A stretch of DNA of 64,000 nucleotides from Squalus acanthias (taxonomy: Eukaryota), in contig CM059432.1 of the NCBI GenBank assembly GCA_030390025.1, positions 68,016,001 through 68,080,000 of the forward strand, in the 5' to 3' direction. Positions 22,823 to 37,400 of the stretch are shown here, piece after piece. A program made the position numbers and the translations under genes. The notes below the pieces were generated by a model that saw only the letters and a list, made by a program, of their open reading frames with translations, ran no database searches and was not told the DNA's origin. Numbering within the stretch: position 1 is the first letter of the stretch; each line of letters opens with the position of its first letter.

Positions 22823-24451
22823 GGGCTCGATTTTACTAATGGAGGCGGGTTGAGGGCGGGCCCGCTGCTCTGCGGATTTTTGACCCGCTCCCGGCTGCCA
22901 CCTCCCAGAACTTACTATTTTGGTTTTATTGGCCTTGTTACGGCCGACGTGCGGGTCCCTCCAGACAATTACTTGGAGGCTGTCAGTTTCTGGCATCTGA
23001 TGAGGCGTTGTTTGAATGAAAATTTAAAGGGGCCATGTACCCTTTGGAAAAAATGTCAATGGGATGGATTGGTGCTGTATTATATAGAAAGGGGAGTTGA
23101 CAGCGTCTGTTCTGAACAAAATTTAATGAATGAAATTGCTGTTCATATTATTCCAGAAAGATATTTATGATTTTTTTTATCTATCAATTTATTATCTGAC
23201 TATGAAATGAAAAAGATGCCAGATTTGTTACAATCATTGGCTTCGTAATATTAATGCTTTTTTCTCTTAAAGGTGCTGGCTGCTGCAGGAACGGCAGCCC
23301 CAATAACTAAGGCTGCACCCAGGTTCAATGAGGGCTCCCTCCATTCTCTTGTTGAGGGAGTTAGAGGACGTCAGGAGCTCCTCTTCCCTGGAAACGGAAG
23401 GAGGAGGCCTCCTCAGCAAACCAAGGCAGCTTGGCTGCAAATTGCTGAGGAGGTGAACTCGAGGTCTGTGTGCAGACGCACATGGGTTCAGTGTGGAAAA
23501 AGGTTTAATGATCTGCTGAGATCACCTAAAGTGTGGCCTCTGTGTTCTGGGAAATGGAAGTTCAAGAGTGAGGGCTCAGGGCAATTTCCCTGTAGAATGT
23601 TGGTGGTGACACTGAGTGCAAACCACCGTTTATTGGACAGATGATGCCGGGGGTTTTGAGAATGTCGGACTTATATTCATCTCCATGTGCCAGCCACCTG
23701 TGGTTGAAGCGTAAAGTTACGTGAACCTGGCATGGATGAGTGCTTCCCTTGCCTGACGGCCAGCAATGTGGTCGCCTGCTGCTGGATTGGTCATATCCGG
23801 CCCCGCAAGGCATCACTCCCCATCCTCCTCCTCGTCCTCTTCATCTTCCTCGTCCTCTTCTTCTTCCTCCAAGGAGGCTGTGTGCTGAGCCACTTGTTCA
23901 TCCGGCAGCACTAAGCTGCGCTGCTCTTCCTCCGAATCTGATGACCAGGATGAGAGGATGTAAATGGTTCCCATCCATTATAGATTTCAGTTGAGGCAAG
24001 AAGCTCGCAAGCGCACACTCAAAGTGGCCTGAAATTATTTCCAGTTCAAACAGTAGATGTGTGTCAGCTTGACCAGTCACAAGGTCAGTAGATTTGCAAA
24101 ATCTTATCCCAAACCTTCAACAACAAAGTTGTTGCATTTGAATGCCAGCCATGTTACAGGAGCGATTTTAAAGTTCTGCACCAATAATGACTACAGATCA
24201 TGTCCTCCATCAACTTGTCTCCTTGCAGCTGGACTGTTTCTGACAAGACGGGAAACAGGAACCAGAGGCACGAAAATGGGAAACCTGTATCAAAATAGGA
24301 TTATCAAGGCAGTTTGGGACCAGCTGAACAGACACGAAAATCGCGTGGGGGCAGGATGGAGGCGGGTTGGGTGTCTGAAGCCATTTTTTTCTGAATTTAG
24401 CAGCTGACACGACTCCAAACCCGCCACCTCAGGGCTGTTAAAATCGAGCCC
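22823..24451. mobile_element. Internally deleted Harbinger element retaining the Myb/SANT exon
   Basis: Perfect 13-bp TIR GGGCTCGATTTTA, 3-bp TSD TAC. ORF 23273..23644 'APRFNEGSLHSLVEGV...AWLQIAEEV...RTWVQCGKRFNDL'. Acidic transposase-tail remnant on - at 23790-23880. Confidence 0.9.
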
Positions 24452-24717
24452 TACATCTTCCTCCAGAGTGAATATTCCCGAGTTGTTGCTTGTTGCAGAT
24501 ACAGCGATTGATGCTGTATTATGCAAGATGAATGAGCTTACACCCTTAAGCCCTGCTAACTGATGCTGCTTAGCTGTCCCTATGGAAACACATTGGGAAA
24601 AAGCATCTATTGCAATCTGTAAAACATAGCTTGTAACACATTTCGGTAGCCAACACATGCCATGCTATGATGCTGTGATGCCTGGTTAAGTTGCCTACGG
24701 ATAGAATACCTGAGTTT

Positions 24718-25040
24718 ATGACAGGTATTCTATCCATAGAACCAGAGGACACAGATTTAAGGTAATTGGCAGAAGATCCAAAGACAACATGAGGAACAAC
24801 TTTTTTACACGAGTGGCTATGATCTGGAATACGCTGCCTGAAAGGGTGGTGGAGGCAGATTCAATTGTGGCTTTCAAAAGGGAATTAGATAAGTACCTGA
24901 AGGAAAAAAATTGCAGGGTTACGGAGAAAAGGCGGGGGATTGGGACTAGCTGAAGTGCTCTTGCAGAGAGTCGGCACGGTTCGACGGGCCGAATGGCCTC
25001 CTTCTGTGCTGTAACGATTCTATGATTCTTTGATTCTATG
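24718..25040 (+). mobile_element. CR1 3'-end fragment
   Basis: Closely similar to 7005-7298, with an (attctatg)n tail. Confidence 0.85.
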
Positions 25041-26488
25041 AAATACATGGAGGGAATCAAAAGCTGCAAGAATGGGTACTAACCTCCAGATACAAGATGA
25101 CTACCTGTGTCCCTCTTCAATGGATCCCACAAAGTTGTGGCTCACTATATCCAGAATAAGCTCCTCCAGGTAGCTTTGAGGTGGCGGTTGGGTGTGCTGC
25201 TCCAATTGATAACTTTTCCTTCTGTGGGCTTCTTTTTCCTGCAATTGTGTGTTTACTGAAGTGCTGCTGTTTAATGAGCCCTGCCATAGCTGTGCAATTG
25301 GCCACTGTACTTCTCCAAGCAAGAGTGCAAGACATCCAGCGTACAAGTGGGTGTTGGGGGAGACCCCAGTCCCAACGTCATCAGGCCCACAGGAGCGGAC
25401 TTTTTTTAATTCATTCATGGGATGTGGGCGTCGCTGGCAAGGCCAGCATTTATTGCCCATCCCTTATTGCCCTTGAGAAGGTGGTGGTGAGCCGCCTTCT
25501 TGAACCGCAGCAGTCAGTGAGGTGAAGGTACTCCCATAGTACTGTTAGGGAAGGAGTTCCAGGATTTTGACCCAGCAACGATGAAGCGGCGATATACTTC
25601 TAAGTCAAGATGGTGTGTGACTTGGAGGGGACCATGCGCCTGTTGCCCTTGTTCTTCTAGGTGGAAGAGGTCGCGGGTTTGGGAGGTGCTGTCGAAGAAG
25701 TCTTGGCAAGTTGCTGTAGTGCATCTTGTAGATGGTACACACTGCAGCCACAGTGCGCCTGTGGTGAAGGGAGTGAACGTTTAAGGTGGTGGATGGAGTG
25801 CCAACCTGCTGCTTTGTCCTGGATGGTGTCGAGCTTCTTGAGTGTTGTTGGAGCTGCACTCATCCAGGCAAGTGGAGAGTATTGCATCACACTCCTGAAT
25901 TGTCCCTTGTAGATGGTAAAAATGCTTTGGGGAGTCAGGAGGTGAGTCACTCGCCACAGAATTTATTTATGTGGCTGGTCTAGTTAAGTTTCTGGTCAAT
26001 GGTGACCCCCAGGATGTTGATGGTGGGGGATTCGGCGATGGTAACGCCGTTGAATGTCAAGGGGAGGTAGCTAGACTCTCACTTGTTGGAAATGGTCATA
26101 GCCTGGCGCTTGTGTGGAGCGAATGTTACTTGTGACTTATCAGCACAAGCCTGAATGTTGTCCAGGTCTTGCTGCATGCAGGCATGGACTGCTTCATTAT
26201 CTGAGGAGTTGTGAATAGAACTGAACACTGTGCAATCATCAGCAAACATCCCCACTTCTGACCTTATGATGGAGGAAAGGTCATTGATGAAGCAGCTGAA
26301 GATGGTTGGGCCCAGGACACTGCCCTGAAGAACTTCTGCAGTGATGTCCTGGGGCTGAGATGATTGGCTTCCAACAACCACAACCATCTTACTTTGTGCT
26401 CGGTATGACTCCAGCCATTGGAGAGTTTTCCCCGATTCCCATTGACTTCAAATTTACTAGGGCTCCTTGATGCCACACTCAGTCAAAT

Positions 26489-28416
26489 CTTCTTCTTCTT
26501 CTTCTTAGGCAGTCCCTTGGAACCGAGGATGACTTGCTTCCACGCTAAAAATGAGTTCTCAGGTGACTGATGAGTCCAATGCGGGACCTACTGTCTCTGT
26601 CACAGGTGGGGCAGACGGTGGTTGAAGGGGCGGGTGGGTGGGGTGCTTGGGTTGACGTGCGCTCCTTCCACTGCTTACACTTGGCTTCCGCTTGCTCCCA
26701 GCGAAGATATTCGAGGTGTTTGGCGCCTTCCCGGATGCTTCTCCTCCACTTTGTGCCGTCTTGGGCCAGGGATTCCCAGATGTCGGTGGGGATGTTGCAC
26801 GTTTTCAAGGAGGCTTTGAGAGTGTCCTGGAAGCGTTTCCTCTGCCCACCTGGGGCTCTCTTGCCATGTCGGAGCTCCGAGTAGAGCGCTTGTTTTGGGA
26901 GTCTCGTATCGGGCATGCGGACGATGTGACCTGTCCATCGGAGCTGATCGAGCGTGGTCAAAGCTTCGATGCTGGGGATGTTGGCCTGAGCCAGAACACT
27001 GACGTTGGTGCGCCTATCCTGCCAATGGATTTGCAGGATCTTGCGGAGGCAGCATTGGTGGCACCTCTCCAGTGCTTTGAGGTGGATGCTGTACATGGTC
27101 CATGTCTCTGAGGCATACAGCAGGGTGGGTATCACTGCTGCTCTGTAGACCATGAGCTTAGTGCCGGGTTTGAGGTCCTGGTCTTCAAACATTCTCTTCC
27201 TCAGGCGACCGAAGGCTGCACTGGCATACTGAAGGCAGTGTTGGACTTCGTCATTGACATCTGCCCTTGTTGACAGTAGGCTCCCGATGTATGGAAAGTG
27301 GTCCACGCACAGGCATAGAAACATATAGAAACTAGGAGCAGGAGTAGGCCATTCGGCCCGTCGAGCCTGCTCCACCATTCAATACGATCATGGCTGATCA
27401 TCCAAATCCAGTACCATATCCCTGCTTCCTCACACAGAATCCCCATCGAGCCTGCACCGACACATATCCCACCCTATCCCCGTAACCCCACGTATTTAAT
27501 TCCCCCTAACATATCCCACCCTATCCCCGTAACCCCACGTATTTAATCCCCCCCTAACACTAAGGGTCAATTTATCATAGCCAAATCAACCTAACCTGCA
27601 CATTTTTGGACTGTGGGAGGAAACCGGAGCACCCGGAGGAAACCCACGCAGACACGGGGAGAATGTGCAAACTCCACACAGACAGTCACCCGAGGCCAGA
27701 TTCGAACCCGGGTCCCTGGCGCTGTGAGGCACCAGTGCTAACCACTATGCCACCGTGTCGCCCGCATCTTCCACCCTTTAAAATGAAGTTCGGGACCTGG
27801 AACATCAGGACCCTCATGGACAACCCCAACAGTGACAGACCGGAACGCCGTACTGCTATCGTTGCCCGGGAGCTCAGATGTGTCGACATAGACATCACCG
27901 CCCGAAGTGAGACCAGACGGGCAGGGGAAGGCTAGTTCAAGGAGCAAGGCGGTGGTTACACCTTCTATAGGAAAGGCAAACCTGAAGAAGAACGCTGCCT
28001 CCATGGGGTAGGCTTCGGCCTAAAAATGAACTAGTTGGGCATCTTAGAGACTCTCCTAGCGGTATAAACGAGCGCCTCATGACTTTTCGGCTCACCCTAG
28101 CCCGGAACCAGTGCGCTACGGTCATCAGTGCGTATGCCCCAACACTGGAAGCCACAGACGAGATCAAAGAGGAACTCTACTCCAGACTCGAACTATCCCT
28201 GTCCCGAGTCCCAACGGGCGACAAGCTGATCCACCTTGGCGACTTTAACGCCAGAGTTGGAAAGAAAACAGACCTCTGGGAAGGTGTGATTGGCAGAGAG
28301 GGGCAGGGAAAGCCAACTCCAACGGTACCCTACTCCTGTCGAAATGCTTAAAACATGGCCTTGTCATAACGAACACCTTGTTCCGTTAGAGAGACAAGTA
28401 CAAGGCTTCATGGCAG
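26489..28416. mobile_element. RTE LINE with 5' inversion and internal deletion (3' part 26489-27307 on -, endonuclease part 27308-28416 on +)
   Basis: (CTT)n tail. ORF 26545..27378 RTE C-terminus. 'MKFGTWNIRTL', 'ISAYAPT' and 'GDFNARVG' on +. Perfect TSD CACTCAGTCAAAT (26476-26488, 28417-28429). Confidence 0.92.
27317..27763 (-). mobile_element. HE1-like V-SINE
   Basis: On -, tRNA head (GGCATAGTGG, GGGTTCGAATC), V core 'TGTCTGTGTGGAGTTTGCACATTCTCCCCGTGTCTGCGTGGGTTTCC', CR1-type tail. Short GCAT duplication at the flanks. Confidence 0.88.
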
Positions 28417-31400
28417 CACTCAGTCAAATGTAGCTTTGATGTCTAGGGCAGTCACTCTCACCTCATCTCTGGATTTCAGCCCTTTTGTACATGATTAGAC
28501 CGGGACTTGGCGCCTGCACATTGAAGACCGCTCCTGTGGGCCTGAAGACTGGGACTCGGGCCACTCGGAGCACCTGCGCTTTGAAGCCTGCTCCTATGGG
28601 ACTGTACAGCTTGCTACATTTAGTGCACAGCACCCCCGAGCTTGATGAGCAGCCACGCAGCAGAGGGAGAACATTGCTCTCACTCATTTCATTCTACCTC
28701 CGCTCACATCCCATTTTACCTCTCCTCTCACATCCCATTCTATCTCTACGCACACATCCCATTCTACCTTTCCTCACACATCCCATTCTAACTCTCCTGA
28801 CACATCCCATTCTACCTCTCCTCAAACATCCCATTCTACCTCTCCTCACACATCCCATTCTACCTCTCCTCACACATCCCATTCTACCTCTCCTCAAACA
28901 TCCCATTCTAACTCTCCTCACACATCCCATTCTACCTCTCCTCACACATCCCATTCTACCTCTCCTCACACATCCCATTCCACCTCTCCTCACACATCCC
29001 ATTCTACCTCTCCTCACACGTCCCATTCCACCTCTACTCCCACATCCCATTCTATCTCTCCTCACACTTCCCATTCTACCTCTACTCCCACATCCCATTC
29101 TACCTCTCCTCACATCCCATTCTACCTCTCCTCACACATCCCATTCTACCACGACTCACACATCCCATTCTACCTCTCCTCACATCCCATTCTATCTCTC
29201 CTCACATCCCATTCTACCTCTCCTCACATCCCATTCTACCTCTCCTCACACATCCCATTCTACCTCTCCTCACATCCCATTCTACCTCTCCTCACATGCC
29301 ATTCTACCTCTCCTCACACATCCCATTCTACCTCTACTCACACATCCCATTCTACATCTCCTCACACATCCCATTCTACCTCTCCTCACACATCCCATTC
29401 TACCTCTCCTCACATCCCATTCTACCTCTCCTCACACATCCCATTCTACCTCTCCTCACACATCCCATTCTACTCTACTCCCACATCCCATTCTACCTCT
29501 CCTCCCACATCCCATTCTACCTCTCCTCCCACATCCCATTCTATCTCTACTCCCACATCCCATTCTACCTCTCCTCACACATCCCATTCTACCTCTACTC
29601 CCACATCCCATTCTACCTCTCCTCCCACATCCCATTCTACCTCTACTCCCACATCCCATTCTACCTCTCCTCCACATCCCATTCTACCTCTCCTCACACA
29701 TCCCATTCTACCTCTCCTCACACATCCCATTCTACCTCTCCTCACACATCCCATTCTACCTCTCCTCACACATCCCATTCTACCTCTCCTCCACATCCCA
29801 TTCTACCTCTCCTCACACATCCCATTCTACCTCTCCTCACACATCCCATTCTACCTCTCCTCACACATCCCATTCTACCTCTCCTCCCACATCCCATTCT
29901 ACCTCTCCTCACACATCCCATTCTACCTCTCCTCCCACATCCCATTCTACCTCTACTCACACATCCCATTCCATTTCTCCTCACACATCCCATTCTACCT
30001 CTCCTCCCATCCCATTCTACCTCTCCTCACACATCCCATTCTACCTCTCCTCCCACATCCGATTCTACCTCTCCTCACACATCCCATTCTACCTCTCCTC
30101 ACACATCCCATTCTACCTCTACTCCCACATCCCATTCTACCTCTACTCACACATCCCATTCTACCTCTCCTCACATCCCATTCTATCTCTCCTCACATCC
30201 CCATTCTACCTCTCCTCTCATCCCATTCTACCTCTCCGCACACATCCATCAAACTACCTCTCCTCACCTATCCCATTCTATCTCTCCTCACATCCCATTC
30301 TACCTCTCCTCACATCCCATTCTACCTCTCCTCACACATCCCATTCTACTCTACCTCTCCTCACACATCCCATTCTACCTCTCCTCACACATCCCATTCT
30401 ACCTCTCCTCCACATCCCATTCTACCTCTCCTCACACATCCCATTCTACTCTCCTCACACATCCCATTCTACCTCTCCTCACACATCCCATTCTACCTCT
30501 CTCACACATCCCATTCTACCTCTCCTCACATCCATTCTACCTCTCCTCACACATCCCATTCTACCTCTCCTCACACATCCCATTCTACCTCTCCTCTCAC
30601 ATCCCATTCTACCTCTCCTCACACATCCCATTCTACCTCTCCTCACACATCCCATTCTACCTCTCCTCACACATCCCATTCTACCTCTCCTCTCACATCC
30701 CATTCTACCTCTCCTCACATCCCATTCTACCTCTCCTCACATCCCATTCTACCTCTCCTCACACATCCCATTCTACCTCTCCTCACATCCCATTCTACTC
30801 TCCTCTCACATCCCATTCTACCTCTCCTCACATCCCATTCTACCTTCTCTCACATCCCATTCTACCTCTCCTCACACATCCCATTCTACCTCTCCTCCAC
30901 ATCCCATTCTACCTCTCCTCACACATCCCATTCTACCTCTCCTCACACATCCCATTCTACCTCTCTCACACATCCCATTCTACCTCTCCTCACACATCCC
31001 ATTCTACCTCTCCTCACACATACCATTCTACCTCTCCTCACACATCCCATTCTACCTCTCCTCTCACAGTCCCATTCTACCCTCCTCTCACATCCCATTC
31101 TACCTCTACTCACACATCCCATTCTACCTCTCCTCACACATCCCATTCTACCTCTCCTCACACATCTCATTCTACCTCTCCTCACACATCCCATTCTACC
31201 TCTCCTCACACATCCCATTCTACCTCTCCTCACATCCCATTCTACCTCTCCTCACACATCCCATTCTACCTCTAGTCACACATCTCATTCTTCCTCTCCT
31301 CACACATCTCATTCTACCTCTCCTCACACATCCCATTCTATCTCTCCTCACACATCCCATTCTACCTCTCCTCACACATCCCATTCTACCTCTACTCACA

Positions 31401-34400
31401 CATCCCATTCTATCTCTCCTCACACATCTCATTCTACCTCTACTCACACATCCCATTCTATCTCTCCTCACACATCCCATTCTTCCTCTCCGCACACATC
31501 CCATTCTACCTCTACTCACACATCCCATTCTACCTCTCCTCACACATCCCATTCTACCTCTCCTCACACATCCCATTCTACCTCTCCTCACACATCCCAT
31601 TCTGCCGTTCCTCACACATCCCATTCTACCTCTACTCACACATCCCATTCTACCTCTCCTCGCACATCCCATTCTACCTCTCCTCACATCCCATTCTGCC
31701 TCTCCTCACATCCCATTCTAGCTCTATTCACACATCCCATTCAACCTTTCCTCTCACATCCCAATCTACCTCTCCTCACATCCCATTCTACCTCTCCTCT
31801 CACATCCCATTCTACCTCTCCTCACACATCCCATTCTACCTCTCCTCACATCCCATTCTACCTCTCCTCACACATCCCATTCTACCTCTACTCACACATC
31901 CCATTCTACCTCTCCTCACATCCCATTCTACCTCTCCTCACACATCCCATTCTTCCTCTCCTCACACATCTCATTCTACCTCTCCTCACACATCCCATTC
32001 TTCCTCTACTCACACATCCCATTCTACCTCTCCTCACACATCCCATTCTACCTCTCCTCACACATCCCATTCTACCTCTACTCACACATCCATTCTTCCT
32101 CTCCTCACACATCTCATTCTACCTCTCCTCACACATCCCATTCTATCTCTCCTCACACATCCCATTCTACCTCTCCTCACACATCCCATTCTACCTCTAC
32201 TCACACATCCCATTCTACCTCTCCTCTCACATCCCATTCTACCTCTCCTCTCACATCCCATTCTACCTCTCCTCACATCCCATTCTACCGTTCCTCACAC
32301 ATCCCATTCTACCTCTACTCACACATCCCATTCTACCTCTCCTCGCACATCCCATTCTGCCTCTCCTCACATCCCATTCTAGCTCTATTCACACATCCCA
32401 TTCAACCTTTCCTCTCACATCCCAATCTACCTCTCCTCACATCCCATTCTACCTCTCCTCTCACATCCCATTCTACCTCTCCTCTCCCATCCCATTCTAC
32501 CTCTCCTCACACATCCCATTCTACCTCTCCTCACACATCCTATTCTACCTCTCCTCACACATCCTATTCTACCTCTCCTCTCACATCCCATTCTACCTCT
32601 CCTCACATCCCATTCTCCCTCTCCTCACACATTTCATTCTACCTTTCCTCACACATCCCATTCTACCTCTACTCACACATCCCATTCTACCTTTCCTCAC
32701 ACATCCCATTCTACCTCTACTCACACATCCCATTCTACCTCTCCTCACACATCCCATTCTACCTCTCCTCACACATCCCATTCTACCTCTCCTCACACAT
32801 CCCATTCTACCTCTAGTCACACATCTCATTCTTCCTCTCCTCACACATCTCATTCTACCTCTCCTCACACATCCCATTCTATCTCTCCTCACACATCCCA
32901 TTCTACCTCTCCTCACACATCCCATTCTACCTCTACTCACACATCCCATTCTATCTCTCCTCACACATCTCATTCTACCTCTACTCACACATCCCATTCT
33001 ATCTCTCCTCACACATTCCATTCTTCCTCTCCGCACACATCCCATTCTACCTCTACTCACACATCCCATTCTACCTCTACTCACACATCCCATTCTATCT
33101 CTACTCACACATCCCATTCTACCTCTCCTCACACATGCCATTCTACCTCTCCTCGCACATCCCATTCTACCTCTCCTCACATCCCATTCTGCCTCTCCTC
33201 ACATCTCATTCTATCTCTCCTCCACATCCCATACCACCTCTCCTCACACATCCCATTCTACCTCTCCTCGCACATGCCATTCTACCTCTCCTCACATCCC
33301 ATTCTGCCTCTCCTCACACGTCCCATTCTACCTCTCCTCACATCCCATTCTACCTCTCCTCCCACATTCCATTTTACCTCTCCTCCACATCCCATTCAAC
33401 CTTTCCTCTCACATCCCATTCTACCTCTCCTCACATCCCATTCTACCTCTCCTCACACAGCCCATTTACCTCTCCTCCCACATCCCATTCAACCTTTCCT
33501 CTCACATCCCATTCTACCTCTCCTCACACTTCCCCTTCTACCTCTCCTCACACATCCCATTCTACCTCTCCTCACACATCCTATTCTACCTCTCCTCTCA
33601 CATCCCATTCTACCTCTCCTCACACATCCCATTCTACCTCTCCTCACACATCCCATTCTACCTCTCCTCTCACATCCCATTCTACCTCTCCTCTCACATC
33701 CCATTCTACCTCTCCTCCCACATCCCATTCTACCTCTCCTCACATCCCATTCTACCTCTCCTCACACAGCCCATTTTACCTCTCGTCCACAACCCGTTCA
33801 AACTTTCCTCTCACATCCCATTCTACCTCTCCTCACATCCCATTCTACCTTTCCTCTCACATCCCATTCTACCTCTCCTCACACATCCCATTCTACCTCT
33901 CCTCCCACATCCCATTCTACCTCTCCTCACACATCCCATTCTACCTCTCCTCACACATCCCATTCTACCTCTAGTCACACATCCCATTCTACCTCTCCTC
34001 ACACATCACATTCTACCTCTCCTCACACATACCATTCTACCTCTCCTCACACATCCCATTCTACCTCTCCTCTCACACGTCCCATTCTACCCTCCTCTCA
34101 CATCCCATTCTACCTCTACTCACACATCCCATTCTACCTCTCCTCACACATCCCATTCTACCTCTCCTCACACATCTCATTGTACCTCTCCTCACACATC
34201 CCATTCTACCTCTCCTCACACATCCCATTCTACCTCTCCTCACATCCCATTCTACCTCTCCTCACACATCCCATTCTACCTCTAGTCACACATCTCATTC
34301 TTCCTCTCCTCACACATCTCATTCTACCTCTCCTCACACATCCCATTCTATCTCTCCTCACACATCCCATTCTACCACTCCTCACACATCCCATTCTACC

Positions 34401-37400
34401 TCTACTCACACATCCCATTCTATCTCTCCTCACACATCTCATTCTACCTCTACTCACACATCCCATTCTATCTCTCCTCACACATCCCATTCTTCCTCTC
34501 CGCACACATCCCATTCTACCTCTACTCACACATCCCATTCTACCTCTCCTCACACATCCCATTCTACCTCTCCTCACACATCCCATTCTACCTCTCCTCA
34601 CACATCCCATTCTGCCGTTCCTCACACATCCCATTCTACCTCTGCTCACACATCCCATTCTACCTCTCCTCGCACATCCCATTCTACCTCTCCTCACATC
34701 CCATTCTGCCTCTCCTCACATCCCATTCTAGCTCTATTCACACATCCCATTCAACCTTTCCTCTCACATCCCAATCTACCTCTCCTCACATCCCATTCTA
34801 CCTCTCCTCTCACATCCCATTCTACCTCTCCTCACACATCCCATTCTACCTCTCCTCACACATCCCATTCTACCTCTCCTCACACATCTCATTCTACCTC
34901 TCCTCACACATCCCATTCTACCTCTCCTCACACATCCCATTCTACCTCTCCTCACATCCCATTCTACCTCTCCTCACACATCCCATTCTACCTCTCTCAC
35001 ACATCTCATTCTATCTCTCCTCACACATCCCATTCTACCTCTCCTCACACATCCCATTCTACCTCTACTCACACATCCCATTCTATCTCTCCTCACACAT
35101 CTCATTCTACCTCTACTCACACATCCCATTCTATCTCTCCTCACACATCCCATTCTTCCTCTCCGCACACATCCCATTCTACCTCTACTCACACATCCCA
35201 TTCTACCTCTCCTCACACATCCCATTCTACCTCTCCTCACACATCCCATTCTACCTCTCCTCACACATCCCATTCTGCCGTTCCTCACACATCCCATTCT
35301 ACCTCTACTCACACATCCCATTCTACCTCTCCTCGCACATCCCATTCTACCTCTCCTCACATCCCATTCTGCCTCTCCTCACATCCCATTCTAGCTCTAT
35401 TCACACATCCCATTCAACCTTTCCTCTCACATCCCAATCTACCTCTCCTCACATCCCATTCTACCTCTCCTCTCACATCCCATTCTACCTCTCCTCACAC
35501 ATCCCATTCTACCTCTCCTCACATCCCATTCTACCTCTCCTCACACATCCCATTCTACCTCTACTCACACATCCCATTCTACCTCTCCTCACATCCCATT
35601 CTACCTCTCCTCACACATCCCATTCTTCCTCTCCTCACACATCTCATTCTACCTCTCCTCACACATCCCATTCTTCCTCTACTCACACATCCCATTCTAC
35701 CTCTCCTCACACATCCCATTCTACCTCTCCTCACACATCCCATTCTACCTCTAGTCACACATCTCATTCTTCCTCTCCTCACACATCTCATTCTACCTCT
35801 CCTCACACATCCCATTCTATCTCTCCTCACACATCCCATTCTACCTCTCCTCACACATCCCATTCTACCTCTACTCACACATCCCATTCTATCTCTCCTC
35901 ACACATCTCATTCTACCTCTACTCACACATCCCATTCTATCTCTCCTCACACATCCCATTCTTCCTCTCCGCACACATCCCATTCTACCTCTACTCACAC
36001 ATCCCATTCTACCTCTCCTCACACATCCCATTCTACCTCTCCTCACACATCCCATTCTACCTCTCCTCACACATCCCATTCTGCCGTTCCTCACACATCC
36101 CATTCTACCTCTCCTCACACATCCCATTCTACCTCTCCTCTCACATCCCATTCCACCTCTCCTCTCACATCCCATTCTACCTCTCCTCACATCCCATTCT
36201 ACCGTTCCTCACACATCCCATTCTACCTCTACTCACACATCCCATTCTACCTCTCCTCGCACATCCCATTCTACCTCTCCTCACATCCCATTCTGCCTCT
36301 CCTCACATCCCATTCTAGCTCTATTCACACATCCCATTCAACCTTTCCTCTCACATCCCAATCTACCTCTCCTCACATCCCATTCTACCTCTCCTCTCAC
36401 ATCCCATTCTACCTCTCCTCTCCCATCCCATTCTACCTCTCCTCACACATCCCATTCTACCTCTCCTCACACATCCTATTCTACCTCTCCTCACACATCC
36501 TATTCTACCTCTCCTCTCACATCCCATTCTACCTCTCCTCACATCCCATTCTCCCTCTCCTCACACATTTCATTCTACCTTTCCTCACACATCCCATTCT
36601 ACCTCTACTCACACATCCCATTCTACCTTTCCTCACACATCCCATTCTACCTCTACTCACACATCCCATTCTACCTCTCCTCACACATCCCATTCTACCT
36701 CTCCTCACACATCCCATTCTACCTCTCCTCACACATCCCATTCTACCTCTAGTCACACATCTCATTCTTCCTCTCCTCACACATCTCATTCTACCTCTCC
36801 TCACACATCCCATTCTATCTCTCCTCACACATCCCATTCTACCTCTCCTCACACATCCCATTCTACCTCTACTCACACATCCCATTCTATCTCTCCTCAC
36901 ACATCTCATTCTACCTCTACTCACACATCCCATTCTATCTCTCCTCACACATTCCATTCTTCCTCTCCGCACACATCCCATTCTACCTCTACTCACACAT
37001 CCCATTCTACCTCTACTCACACATCCCATTCTATCTCTACTCACACATCCCATTCTACCTCTCCTCACACATCCCATTCTACCTCTCCTCGCACATCCCA
37101 TTCTACCTCTCCTCACATCCCATTCTGCCTCTCCTCACATCTCATTCTATCTCTCCTCCCACATCCCATTCCACCTCTCCTCACACATCCCATTCTACCT
37201 CTCCTCGCACATGCCATTCTACCTCTCCTCACATCCCATTCTGCCTCTCCTCACACGTCCCATTCTACCTCTCCTCACATCCCATTCTACCTCTCCTCCC
37301 ACATTCCATTTTACCTCTCCTCCCACATCCCATTCAAACTTTCCTCTCACATCCCATTCTACCTCTCCTCACATCCCATTCTACCTCTCCTCACACAGCC

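Larger units (their letters stand above)
25400..28500 (-). mobile_element. LINE family B fragment (25400-26488 plus 28417-28500), split by an RTE
   Basis: 'LQGSVLGPTIFSCFINDL...MFADDCTVF'. Same tail as 14324-15225. Continues past the 13-bp TSD. Confidence 0.88.

Noticed and set aside
27690..27763. tRNA genes (also near 6500-6575, 9600-9676 and 38430-38505)
   Set aside because: These are A/B-box heads of SINEs followed by SINE bodies and LINE-type tails.
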